Positions 7,995 through 17,249 of a stretch of DNA of 34,113 bases are shown here, piece by piece (position 1 is the first letter of the stretch; each line of letters begins with the position of its first letter). This DNA comes from Candidatus Zixiibacteriota bacterium (GTDB taxonomy: Bacteria > Zixibacteria > MSB-5A5 > WJJR01), in the NCBI GenBank assembly GCA_020058315.1, contig JAGVEK010000484.1:1-34113 (forward strand), written 5' to 3'. The translations under genes were made by a program, and so were the position numbers. The notes beneath the pieces were generated by a model, which saw nothing but the letters and a program-made list of their open reading frames with translations, searched no databases and had not been told where the DNA came from.

Positions 7995-8851
7995 AGAAAA
8001 ACCAAGCTCAGAGGGTCATCGACGAAGCGCTCGAGCAACTCGCAACAGCGCTTGCGAACGGGCAGAGTGAAGCGCTGAAAACTTACCTCTCCGCGATGGC
8101 GCGGTTTTCGGCCTACAGCATCGGGAACCTCCTGTTGATTTTGGCGCAACGGCCTGAGGCGACGAGAATTGCGGGCTACCGCACTTGGCAAGGACTCGGC
8201 CGCAATGTCAAGAAGGGCGAGAAAGGGATACTCATCACTGCGCCGATTGTTTTCAGCAAGAAACACGGCGACAGGCACAGCCGTGCGCCACCAATTCATG
8301 AAGAAGACGACACGATACTGTACTTCAAGGCGGTGCACGTTTTCGACATTTTACAAACTGATGGCAGGCCGCTTCCAAAACCCGCCTGCGTCGGCGGCAA
8401 CCCCGACGGCCAAACGGAAAAACTCAAGGCGTTCGTCGCGTCGAAGGGGATTGCACTCGATTACTCGTCAAGCCTCGGGACAGCCGACGGCCAGTCTCAG
8501 GGCGGAAAAATCACGCTCCGCGAAGGACTTGCGCCGGCAGAGGAATTCTCCGTTCTTGTCCATGAGCTCGCCCACAGTCTCCTTCACTCTCGTAGCGTTG
8601 CAACGACAAAGACCGTTCGCGAGACCGAAGCCGAAGCCGTGGCGTTTGTGGTCTGCCAGGCAATCGGCCTCGAAACAGGAACCTCGTCATCGGATTACAT
8701 TCGGCTTTATCGTGGCGACAAAGAAACGCTCGCGCAGTCGCTGGCACGGATTCAGAGAACGGTGGCGGAAATTCTGGAGGGAATCCAGGCAGATGCAGAA
8801 CAACAATCCGAAGATCTCGGATTAGTGCAGGAATCCCTTGCAAAACAATGA
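7991..8851 (+). CDS. ArdC-like protein: N-terminal ssDNA-binding domain plus zincin (HExxH) metallopeptidase-like domain
   Basis: FSAYSIGNLLLILAQRPEATRIAGYRTWQGLGRNVKKGEKGILITAP, FKAVHVFDILQTDG, HELAH, ETEAEAVAFVVC and SSDYI motifs typical of ArdC/LtrC-like mobile-element proteins. Confidence 0.88.
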   Translation: MKKNQAQRVIDEALEQLATALANGQSEALKTYLSAMARFSAYSIGNLLLILAQRPEATRIAGYRTWQGLGRNVKKGEKGILITAPIVFSKKHGDRHSRAPPIHEEDDTILYFKAVHVFDILQTDGRPLPKPACVGGNPDGQTEKLKAFVASKGIALDYSSSLGTADGQSQGGKITLREGLAPAEEFSVLVHELAHSLLHSRSVATTKTVRETEAEAVAFVVCQAIGLETGTSSSDYIRLYRGDKETLAQSLARIQRTVAEILEGIQADAEQQSEDLGLVQESLAKQ

Positions 8852-9159
8852 AGCCTGGAGAACGGGTTCGATTATCGACCCACAATCGCGGTCGTGCGAT
8901 TCAGCGAATCGCGGCAAAATCGAACACTCCGGTATTCCCCGAGCCTACCGCAACACAGGCCGACGACTTCATTCTGTGTCGTTTCGTTCCACGGCATCAT
9001 CTATCTGCGCAGCGCCGATGAAGTGCCTTCGTACCGTGTCCGCAAAGACCAGCGAACCGGAGCGCTGGACGCATCAGGCGGTGGCAAGGATCAGCAAACG
9101 GATCCTCACTGGTCAACTCCCGCCACCACCAAGCCCCGCCACTGCAAACCGCTGAAGAT

Positions 9160-9834
9160 TCACCAGAAGATTCCCATCGGATCGTCCAGCACGTATTGTG
9201 CCGCTTCCTCCACCGTCTCGAAGATCACGCCGCCCAAGTCTCCAATGGACTCCCACTTGTCGCGATGACTCCACCACAGGACTTCCCACCAGTTGTCGCG
9301 TGGCCGAATGCGGGAGACCGCCTGACCTTCGTGGTAGATGTTGTAGCCCCAACTGACTTTGGCGGGGAAGGCAGGGCATCTGCGTTTCCTGAACACCGCC
9401 TGAATGCGTGACATGGAAACGTCGGCTTTGTCCTTCTCCGCTTTTCGTCGCTCCCGTGTTTTCTCCCGCTTTTTCAGTTTGATCCATCGTTTCCGGCTGA
9501 TCTCGTACAGCCGCTCGCTCTCGCTGTTGAGCCGGTCGTACAGCCGCTGGCAGATCACGCATCGTTCATCGGTGCGCGGAGCGTATTCCAGCTTCCACGG
9601 ATCATACTGGACGCAGGGGTAGCCCTTCGGATCGTGAAGGACGGCATCGAGCACCGCGACCAGCCAATCAAGTTCGTCGCGGGAGATCACAAGTGGCTTC
9701 TGGCCGCTGTACTTCTGTATCCGTCGACCCAGCCCTGGGCATGCGGGTATCTCGTGGGCATGACGCTTGAGTTCGACGAGTCCGGCGCCCGTCACGGATA
9801 TCCTGCACTCTTGTTCGGCGTCGGGCTTGCTCAT
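9160..9834 (-). CDS. Hypothetical protein with DUF3024-like C-terminus
   Basis: Ends WEVLWWSHRDKW...VEEAAQYVLDDPMGIFW, resembling the DUF3024 'DPxxxFW' terminus. Confidence 0.65.
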   Translation of the reverse strand: MSKPDAEQECRISVTGAGLVELKRHAHEIPACPGLGRRIQKYSGQKPLVISRDELDWLVAVLDAVLHDPKGYPCVQYDPWKLEYAPRTDERCVICQRLYDRLNSESERLYEISRKRWIKLKKREKTRERRKAEKDKADVSMSRIQAVFRKRRCPAFPAKVSWGYNIYHEGQAVSRIRPRDNWWEVLWWSHRDKWESIGDLGGVIFETVEEAAQYVLDDPMGIFW

Positions 9835-9954
9835 CCAACTATCACCGCTTCGACTCCTTGACCCAGTAGCTTTTCGCCGTGTGATACGGGCATTGAGTTC
9901 ATGATTCGGGTCCCGTTCACCGTCACCATCGTGTGCCGGGAGCGCTGCACAGAA

Positions 9955-11055
9955 TCACGCGCGTTCGAGGCAGCACTTCTTGTATTTCCGGCCGCTGCCG
10001 CACGGGCACGGGTCGTTGCGGCCGACCTTCTGCGCCAGTGGGAAGAACTCGGGTCGGTCAGTAATTACCTTCGTCGGCGGGGGCAACGCATGCCGGAACG
10101 GCACGTCGACATGCCTACCGCTCCGCGGGTGTTTTCGCTCGAGTTCCCTCCAGTCATCGGACCGTCCCATCTTCTCGAGAAGGTCGATGATACGCTCCGA
10201 GGCGCCGTCCCAGTCGTACGACTCGGCCGCCATGCCCATCGCGTGTATGTAAAAGGCCAAGGCGGCTTCGTTGTCACCAAGCTCGGCATACACATCACCG
10301 GCCTTGATTCGGATCCAGAAGTCCTCCGGGAACCGTTTGAGATTGGCTCGAACCCGATCCAGGGCCTGCTCGCGCCGGCCAGCCATCGCCAAGGCAAATG
10401 CGAGGTCGCCCTGGTAGTTGGCGGCATCGTCGAAGCTGGACATCACATCGGCGACCCGCGTCACTTCGTCCGGGTAGCGCTTACCGTGGTTCAGGACGAA
10501 ACAGAGCAGCCATGAGCTATGATCGTATACGCCGCACTCGTCGACTTCTTGCAACCGCGCCGCCCGCTCCTTGGGCGGGACGCGTTCAAGATAGTCCATG
10601 AGCAATAGGGCCGTCTCGACGTCGCGCTGGCCGTCCTCTGGTGAACGGCTGGGGCGCTCGCTCGAAGCGCGAACGGCCTCTTCAAGGCGATCAGCAATCA
10701 GCTCCGGACACAGAAGATCGGGCATTAAGCGGCGCCACAGCTCCTCCACAGCCAGGAACGGAAAATCGTCCCAGAATGTGCCGGTGTCGGGCGCACCTTC
10801 GCAGCACGTCCTCTGCAGGACCGTCGGGCGCTTCGCCGCCTGCGCCTGCTCGCGGAATCGCTGCTCGTCGGTGTCGACGCCGAGTGCCTGGAGCTTCGCG
10901 AAGATGGCATCCGTGGACCAATCCGAGAGCCCGTCGTACCGCCAGCCGAAACCCTCTTTCCGGTGCCGTTCGACATCCTTCGTTATCGTCTCGTCGTCGC
11001 CTTTCCGCAGCGCCTGCTTGACCATGAGATAAACCTGCCGGTGGTTGATGTTCAT
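9955..11055 (-). CDS. TPR-containing protein with C-terminal SEC-C Zn-binding motif
   Basis: [20 protein letters not shown] at the C-terminus. TPR-like [18 protein letters not shown]. Confidence 0.9.
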   Translation of the reverse strand: MNINHRQVYLMVKQALRKGDDETITKDVERHRKEGFGWRYDGLSDWSTDAIFAKLQALGVDTDEQRFREQAQAAKRPTVLQRTCCEGAPDTGTFWDDFPFLAVEELWRRLMPDLLCPELIADRLEEAVRASSERPSRSPEDGQRDVETALLLMDYLERVPPKERAARLQEVDECGVYDHSSWLLCFVLNHGKRYPDEVTRVADVMSSFDDAANYQGDLAFALAMAGRREQALDRVRANLKRFPEDFWIRIKAGDVYAELGDNEAALAFYIHAMGMAAESYDWDGASERIIDLLEKMGRSDDWRELERKHPRSGRHVDVPFRHALPPPTKVITDRPEFFPLAQKVGRNDPCPCGSGRKYKKCCLERA

Positions 11056-11248
11056 GATGAAAGCGCTCTGAACAGCGGGCGGCCCGCCGAAGCCGAGCTA
11101 TCGTACCGCGCCGGCAAGGGGTGTGCAGTTTGCCAGCTTCGATGGTGACGGCGTACTTGGACGCAGCAGCAAACAAGCCCATCAATCGCCAACTTGCGGT
11201 CCGGTCGTCGCATCAGCCATGCTGAACCAGCGATGGGGGCTCGCCGTG

Positions 11249-11254
11249 TATAAT
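11249..11254 (+). promoter_or_regulatory. Bacterial -10 box (TATAAT) for a leaderless transcript
   Basis: TATAAT lies 6 nt before ATG 11261 and there is no SD. Confidence 0.5.
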
Positions 11255-11260
11255 CCCCTC

Positions 11261-11491
11261 ATGTCCTCGACGGAGACCACCGCCGAAGCCCTGACCGGCA
11301 GCATCGAACGGGTGACTTTTCACAACCCCGACAACGGCTTTGCCGTTCTGCGCCTCAAGGTCAAGGGACGCACCGAACTCGTCAGCGTCGTCGGCTATCT
11401 TGTCTCCACCGCCGAAGGGGAAAACGTTGAAGCGGGCGGACGCCCGGAAGAGGCACTCCGCTTTGAAGGAGCGGCTTCAGAGGCGCGTTGA
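11261..11491 (+). pseudogene. recD2: N-terminal fragment of RecD2-like helicase
   Basis: EALTGSIERVTFHNPDNGFAVLRLKVKGRTELVSVVG...GENVEAGG matches the RecD2 N-terminal OB fold, then the frame ends after about 76 codons with no helicase motifs. Confidence 0.8.
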
Positions 11492-11542
11492 GAACCTGTA
11501 ACCCTAAACGACAGGCGACTTATCTTGACAAAAGATGAACCG

Positions 11543-11923
11543 ATGAAGCCGTCCAAGTGCTGGATTGAGCAATGCGAAGCCGCCCGAAATATTGAAGATG
11601 AGTTCGGAACCGAGAACGCCCTTGACTACCTGATCGGGGAGAAGTTCCTCAACTTCTTGGAAGTAGCGGAAGACAATCCTGAGTTCCGGGCGGAAATCTC
11701 CGCCTTCGTCGCTGAGATCAAGCGTATCTTCGAGCGGTGGCAACTGGCCGAGTATCTGGAGAAAACCAGGCAAACTGAGCCGTTCGATCCAAGCCTCTAC
11801 GACGAGAACGACGATCCGGAAGAGATGGAGATGGACCGGCAGGACGACATCCGCCGGTCTGCTCGTGACCTCCTGCTGGTAGAGCTGGCGAAGGAGTACT
11901 TACTGGAGAATGGCAACGGTTGA
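11543..11923 (+). CDS. Acidic hypothetical protein
   Basis: WIEQCEAARNIEDEFGTENALDYLIGEKFLNF; coding-like composition; start uncertain (11525 or 11543). Confidence 0.75.
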   Translation: MKPSKCWIEQCEAARNIEDEFGTENALDYLIGEKFLNFLEVAEDNPEFRAEISAFVAEIKRIFERWQLAEYLEKTRQTEPFDPSLYDENDDPEEMEMDRQDDIRRSARDLLLVELAKEYLLENGNG

Positions 11924-11926
11924 TTG

Positions 11927-12248
11927 GCTCGCGGCGGAGGACGCCCGCCGGGGCGGGAATTCGCCGGCGTCAGAAGGAATCCCGCAGCGAGGGCCCGCGA
12001 GCGTTTTGCCTTCCGAAGTTGTCATCCGCTCCCTTTGCTACGAAACAAGCGTGTGGCTATGCGTCTCGGAAGACGGACGCCGGCCGGTGTGGTTTCCGAA
12101 GAACCCATCTGGCTTTGCTAGCTGCGAAAACGCATTAGTTTTCGGGTCACATCACCGCGGCACGCCGATCCGTCACGCCGAGACAATTCGATTCACGTAA
12201 CTGCCCGCCCCTTCGACAGATTGCGAAGAGGCGGTCACAAAGATGACA
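11927..12248 (+). promoter_or_regulatory. Long nested stem-loop leader upstream of the SSB-like gene
   Basis: Complementary pairs 11927-34/11995-12002, 12020-26/12242-48, 12063-69/12178-84, 12072-77/12169-74. Confidence 0.5.
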
Positions 12249-12267
12249 GCTCTCGTGGAGAAGAAAC

Positions 12268-12537
12268 ATGGCAAACAACAAACCCAGCGCAAAGTTCAAA
12301 GCAGGTGCCGTATCCGTGGCACTCTGGCCGACGGAGATTACGGTCAACGGACGAACGATGACCGTGCTCAAGGCGTCGCTGGACAAGAGGTACAAGGACA
12401 ACGCAACCGGCGAATGGAAGAGCTCGTCGAGTCTATCTCGCAACGAAGTCGGCCAGGCGGTTCTTTGCCTCGTCCGAGCCTATGCCGCGATGATGGAAAA
12501 GTCGACCGAGGACGAGGAGGTGGTGACGTCCGAGTAG
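12268..12537 (+). CDS. Small putative ssDNA-binding protein (PC4/Whirly-like fold, inferred)
   Basis: KPSAKFKAGAVSVALW...LDKRYKDNATGEWKSSSSLSRNE + helix + acidic tail EDEEVVTSE. GGAG RBS. Confidence 0.7.
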   Translation: MANNKPSAKFKAGAVSVALWPTEITVNGRTMTVLKASLDKRYKDNATGEWKSSSSLSRNEVGQAVLCLVRAYAAMMEKSTEDEEVVTSE

Positions 12538-12550
12538 GTCGCAACGCCGC

Positions 12551-12575
12551 AGCGGCTCTTTCTTGAGCCGCTTTT
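12551..12575 (+). terminator. Putative intrinsic terminator
   Basis: AGCGGCTC-TTTCTT-GAGCCGCT followed by TTT, 14 nt after the stop. Confidence 0.5.
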
Positions 12576-12596
12576 CCGCGGCGCGAGGTGATCAGA

Positions 12597-12776
12597 ATGG
12601 ACACGTGGTTGGAGGAGTATCGGGAGGAGCGTCGGCGTGCTCTTTGCCGGCGCGAGATTGAAGCTGCGATCAGCGAGGCTAAGGGGTACCGCCCAGATGA
12701 TCCGGTGTGGCGTGAATGGTACCGGGCGCTGGTCTTGCGAAGACCGAGGCGCACCAAGTCGGACGGTGAGAAATGA
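12597..12776 (+). CDS. Small charged hypothetical protein
   Basis: GAGGTGATC RBS before ATG 12597; MDTWLEEYREERRR... Confidence 0.6.
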   Translation: MDTWLEEYREERRRALCRREIEAAISEAKGYRPDDPVWREWYRALVLRRPRRTKSDGEK

Positions 12777-12948
12777 CGCAACGCCCCGGACTGCGCGGTC
12801 ACGCGGCAGGCTGACTCTCGTGGAGTGCTGTGCTAAGGCATGATTCGATTTCGACCGCACGAACGTGGTAACATGTCCGGTCGGCCGTTAGCTCCGATTC
12901 GGACGAGGGCGGACTGGAAACGTCGGTTAATTTGTGGAGGGGACGTCG

Positions 12949-14450
12949 ATGCGCCAGAAGTGCTTGTTGGCCGCTGTGCTCGTGATGCTCTCGGCAACGG
13001 TGGCTGGGGCGGTCACGTTTCCAGTCTCGCGATCGCCCAACGGACGCTACTTGCGGGACGCCACCGGCGCCCCGTTCCCGATCCTCGGCCGGACGGCATG
13101 GTTCATCACCTCGCTGTCACAAACTGACTATCAGACCTTCCTCGACGACACGTCCACCAAGGGCCACACTGCAATCGAGTTCCATGTCATCAACCACGAC
13201 CCGCGCGGTAACAACGAACCCTTCGCGGGCAACGGCGTGTTGCCCTTCCTGAAGCGTCTCGACGGCACCACCTGGTCCGGGGCGCTCTCTTATTCAAATA
13301 TCAACGCACAAGCGCCGGATTTCACGCAACCCAACGAGGCCTACTGGATGCATGTCGACGCGCTTCTCGCCTATGCGGAGTCGAAGGGAGTACTCTGTTT
13401 CATGTTCCCCGCCTATGTCGGCTACGCTGGCGGCGAGCAGGGCTGGATGCAAGAGCTGGTTGCTAACGGCCCGGCTCGGGTGCAGAGCTACGGCGCGTGG
13501 ATTGCCGCCCGGTACGCCTCGCGCGGCAACATCGTCTGGATGATGGGAGGTGACATGGGGTCCTTCGACGCCGCCCAGGAAGCCGTCGAGCAAGCGCTGT
13601 TGACCGGGCTGCAGAGCGTTTCCGGGCAGCAGTCGACGTTCTTCTCCGCCGAGTGGGACTCGGGGTCAATCGGGACTGACCAGCCGACGTTCGGCTCTGT
13701 AATGACGCTGAACGGCGCATACTCGTGGAGCGGAGAGGTGAACTACCACTGCCGCCGAGCCTATGAGTACATGCCGGTGGAGCCGACCTATCTCTTGGAA
13801 GAGCCCTACGACGAAGAGGGGCCGGACGGGAACAGCGTGAATCCCAGCGCAATACAGCCTGTGCGCCGCTTTCAGTGGTGGGGCTGGCTCTCCTCGGTTG
13901 GTGGATACATCTCCGGTAACGGATACATCTGGCCGTTCAACGCGGGGTGGCAGAGCCACCTGAATACACAGGGTGCGCAGGATATGGCGCGGCTCAATGG
14001 GTTCATCAGGTCGATTGCTGGCAGAATCTGGTGCCATCGGGGCTCGGCGGAATGGGAACTATCGTGACCGACGGCGGTTCAACGATCTTCGCGGACGATT
14101 ACGCTTCAGCGGCGGCGACACCGGACGGGAAGCTGCTTGTCGCCTATGTGCCGCCCGACCACACAGGTACGATCACGATTGACATGGCCACGCTCTCGGG
14201 GCCGGCACGGGCGCGGTGGTTCAATCCCACGACCGCAGCCTACACCGTCATCGCAGAGAATCTACCCAACATCGGCACGCATGTTTTCTTGCCGCCGGGT
14301 GACAACGGATCGGGGTTCAGCGACTGGGTATTGGTGATTGATCGTGCTACCTCGATTCCCACGGTGTCGGGTTGGGGCGCGACCTTGTTGGCACTCCTGC
14401 TGCTCTTATCTGGCGGCGCGATAGCTGCACGGTTTCCGCGATCAGGCTGA
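12949..14450 (+). pseudogene. Secreted DUF4038/apiosidase-like TIM-barrel protein + collagen-binding-like domain + IPTL-CTERM tail, with a 1-nt frameshift near 14018
   Basis: Signal peptide, SPNGRYLRDATGAPFPILGRTAW, NIVWMMGGD, EEPYDEE. Continues in the 13947..14450 frame (WQNLVP...ARARWFNPTTA...DWVLVI) and ends IPTVSGWG + TM helix + R. May be a sequencing error. Confidence 0.8.
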
Positions 14451-14695
14451 ACGCGCTCTCGATTGCCGACACTTGGACGATTCGACCCGGTGAGCGTGGC
14501 GGAACCGCAAGCCGAGTTGTGGCGTAACGATGTTCATCCGAAACGCGCTCGGAGCGGAGGATGTTCCAGCCAGGTACGCGTCAAATGTGCAATGCCATCG
14601 ATGTGGGCAGTGGGTATTGGTTCAGCTCTGAGCCGATCCTGATCGGCTGGATCGCCCCTGGCGGGCGAAGGAATCCTCACCACGCAGTCTCGCCA

Positions 14696-14948
14696 ATTTA
14701 AGGCTTTCGGTCGCCTTAGGATTGGATGCCCCGATTGCGCGACCGAAACCCATAAAAGACGAGCCCGCTCAAGGCAAGGATTCGCAATTCCTCGCCGTCG
14801 TCGGGAACCTGGTTGGCGGCGAAGCTTGGATTGCTTGGGTTCTTTTTGTTTGTCTTTTTGCCAACCAGAACCCCGACCCCCTTGCCCACGAACGGTCGTT
14901 TCACGCACCCCGTCTTTGCCAAAGGCTTGTCGAAAGACGGAGGTGCGT
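14696..14948 (+). promoter_or_regulatory. Structured leader with an RBS-sequestering hairpin
   Basis: Inverted repeat 14696-14714/14739-14757 (16 of 19 paired). CTGGTTGGC/GCCAACCAG. ACGCACCCCGTCTTT (14903-17) pairs with AAAGACGGAGGTGCGT (14933-48), which covers the SD. Confidence 0.55.
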
Positions 14949-14951
14949 AAC

Positions 14952-15506
14952 ATGAAACATCAGACGCAAAGAGGTGTGGCCTTGTGGGCGATTTTGGCAG
15001 CCAACAAGCCGAACAAGTACGGGTCGATTCCGGATCTTCCGGATGAGGAGCTGGCCGATCCCGAGGAGCTGGAGCGGCAGGTGTTCCTGCAGGAGTGGGG
15101 GCCGATCCTCGCGTTGCCAGTTCGGGGTGCACCAGCGTTCCGGCCGGAGATCGATGAAGACGGCTTTGTGAAGGGCGCGTTCAGCACCATGGACTTTGAC
15201 CGAATCTCGCCCAAGTTCGACAAGGTTCGTTACAAGATCGACAAGCTCAGGGAAGAGCGTCGCAATGTCCGGATGATGATCGACACGATCAGATTCCACG
15301 TTCGGGATGCGGACAAGTACGTCGTTGTCCGGTACGCATTGCGGGGCGTCATCGACATCGAGGACATCCTGGACGCGGAGCTGAAGGAACTCGTCAGGCT
15401 CTACATGAGGGTGGAGCGGCTCACGAAGGAGATCGAGCAGCTTCGGAAGGCCAGGCAGAAGAGGAGGCAGCGTGAGTTGGCGGCGATGCTGGCGCGGTGG
15501 GAGTAG
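14952..15506 (+). CDS. Hypothetical coiled-coil protein
   Basis: GGAGGTG RBS, strong GC3 bias, followed directly by a terminator. Confidence 0.8.
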   Translation: MKHQTQRGVALWAILAANKPNKYGSIPDLPDEELADPEELERQVFLQEWGPILALPVRGAPAFRPEIDEDGFVKGAFSTMDFDRISPKFDKVRYKIDKLREERRNVRMMIDTIRFHVRDADKYVVVRYALRGVIDIEDILDAELKELVRLYMRVERLTKEIEQLRKARQKRRQRELAAMLARWE

Positions 15507-15526
15507 CTCTCCCATCGTCTTTTTTT
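15495..15526 (+). terminator. Intrinsic terminator
   Basis: CGGTGGGAG-TAGCT-CTCCCATCG hairpin followed by TCTTTTTTT. Confidence 0.7.
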
Positions 15527-15537
15527 GTGCTATCGCA

Positions 15538-15596
15538 TGGTGGACGCTCGGCTGCGCCGAGGTCCCCCGCCCGCCGACCGTTCCGGTCGGCGGGGC
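15538..15596 (+). repeat. GC-rich double-hairpin repeat, copy A
   Basis: TGGTGGACGCTCGGCTGCGCCGAGGTCC...CCGCCGACCG..CGGTCGGCGG, similar to 16235-16293. Confidence 0.65.
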
Positions 15597-15712
15597 GTAA
15601 CGGCGCGTCGTGCGACTCTCCTGTCGATATCCGATTGGTGCGTTGGTAGTCTGCGCAGGTGGGCGATACGGAGCACCGTCCGCGCTGCAAGCGGTGTTAA
15701 TAGGGAGAGCCG

Positions 15713-16165
15713 ATGGACTTCAGCGCCTGGTTCAACGCTCACAAGCCTGCCGCATCGGCCAGAAGTCATGCGTTTCTGGCTGCGTCCATGTGGACCGTTG
15801 TGGGGACTGTGTTGACACTCGTCGGCGTGCGTTGGGTAATCAGCAGCAGCCTTCCCCATGCGTGGCTCTTCGTGCTCGTCGCGGTCGTGGCGGGGGTACT
15901 CAAGTCGCGATTCGTCCTCGAGCGATCGGCAGGCCGCGCAATGGAGCGCATTCGGGGGCGTGGGGACGGGCGCTGTGTCGGTGGGTTCTTTTCGTTCAGG
16001 GCGTGGGTTTTTGTGGTGGCGATGGCGTGCCTGGGAAGGATCCTGCGCGGGGGCCTGCTTCCACCTTACCTCGTTGGCCTGCTTTACATCGCGGTCGGAA
16101 TTGCGCTGGTGCTCGCCTGCTGCAAGTTGTGGGCGGGCTGGTACCGACTTGGCTCTGACGCATAG
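15713..16165 (+). CDS. Four-TM membrane protein, hypothetical
   Basis: GGGAGAG RBS; four hydrophobic segments; CVGGFFSFRAW motif. Confidence 0.85.
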   Translation: MDFSAWFNAHKPAASARSHAFLAASMWTVVGTVLTLVGVRWVISSSLPHAWLFVLVAVVAGVLKSRFVLERSAGRAMERIRGRGDGRCVGGFFSFRAWVFVVAMACLGRILRGGLLPPYLVGLLYIAVGIALVLACCKLWAGWYRLGSDA

Positions 16166-16234
16166 AGTTGAATCGCAGGTGAGCGTTGCGCCGAGGTGTG
16201 GGGATGCGACGCAGCAATGGTGAACGCTTCGCGT

Positions 16235-16293
16235 TGGAGGACGCTCGGCTCCGCCTCGGTCCGCCGTCCGCCTCGCTCCGCTCGGCGGGCGGC
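16235..16293 (+). repeat. GC-rich double-hairpin repeat, copy B
   Basis: TGGAGGACGCTCGGCTCCGCCTCGGTCC...CCGCCTCGCTCCGCTCGGCGGGCGGC. Confidence 0.65.
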
Positions 16294-16573
16294 TTTCAGG
16301 ACGGATCGAGTCGTATGAGGCACGGGAATGGAAGCGGAAGAGTTCGCGCCGAGAATGCCATCTGACTGGTTCCTTGAAGGATGCACGGCGGCGGTAATGC
16401 GGCGACACGCGAGATTATCAGATACGGGGACGACCAAACACGACAGGGAGGACTCTAACAGGTGGATGATAGAACGTGCAAACACGCCCTTTTTTCACGG
16501 GTGGAGGGGGCGGAGTGAGATAACAAATGGGAGCACTCGGAGCGTACATGCGACGAGTTCATGCGGGGAGTTG

Positions 16574-16626
16574 ACTCGGGCCGCGGGCCCGAGTTGGGGG
16601 GTCTAACCCTGCGGGGTTGACCCCCC
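16574..16626. other. Two abutting GC-rich hairpins in a non-coding gap
   Basis: ACTCGGGCC-GCG-GGCCCGAGT (16574-94) and GGGGGGTC(T)AACCC-TGCG-GGGTTGACCCCCC (16596-16626). Confidence 0.6.
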
Positions 16627-16871
16627 GGACGGGGCGACGATAACGGGCTGATGCTGATGATTGGATGGACGGAAAAGGGGAAGAAGCGGAAGGCTGAAGC
16701 AGGCGATAATGAACGGACGGAGGACGATGTGGGACTATTGGGGGCCAGAGGCTGACAAGTGGCTTGAAAACAAGGACTTACAGAACTGGAAAAGGTCGGA
16801 CTATGGGAATATTGAGTATTATCCGAGCCGGAGTCCGAGGCCGAAAGTCTACCTAATTTAACGCCGAAGCA

Positions 16872-17090
16872 TCAGAGCAGGTCTTCTTGGCAGCCTTCGA
16901 CGAGCCAGCGCTCGAACTCAATTTCAGCGAGAAGGCGCTCGCGGTCGACGCCCGTTGCCCGCGCGAACTGACCCGCCAATTCCCCCAGTCGCCGGCGCGC
17001 ACGGGCGCCGATTTCGGCCAAGCGCTCACGCGTCGCTAGCTCCAATCGGTCGTCGATTGAACCCGGCCAGATGTTCCTTTCGATGGTCAT
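16872..17090 (-). CDS. Small helical hypothetical protein
   Basis: GAGGT RBS; divergent from the 17250 operon. Confidence 0.7.
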   Translation of the reverse strand: MTIERNIWPGSIDDRLELATRERLAEIGARARRRLGELAGQFARATGVDRERLLAEIEFERWLVEGCQEDLL

Positions 17091-17124
17091 TTCGATACCT
17101 CAGAGCAGTCGAAAGAGGCCCCGA

Positions 17125-17140
17125 TTCTTAAAGGTATCGG
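17125..17140 (-). promoter_or_regulatory. BRE/TATA-like box for 17090(-)
   Basis: CCGATACC-TTTAAGAA; 23 nt from box end to the G of SD GAGGT. Confidence 0.5.
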
Positions 17141-17187
17141 TCGCACGGCGGGTCCCGTGGGGTTCGCTACTGGGGGGTAGCAAAAAG

Positions 17188-17202
17188 CGGAAAGCTTAAA
17201 TA
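17188..17202 (+). promoter_or_regulatory. BRE/TATA-like box for the 17250 operon
   Basis: CGGAAAG-CTTAAATA; SD GAGGTG at 17239. Confidence 0.5.
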
Positions 17203-17249
17203 CACGGCCGCATTTACCACCGCCAAGTGAACACTTTCGAGGTGGCAAA

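Noticed and set aside
16661-16861. 66-aa ORF in the non-coding hub
   Set aside because: Weak start context, overlaps palindromic sites, no motif; cannot be supported.
16796-16862. Xer/dif-like site
   Set aside because: AT-rich imperfect palindromes are present but no convincing match to the XerD arm TTATGTTAAAT with a 6-bp core.
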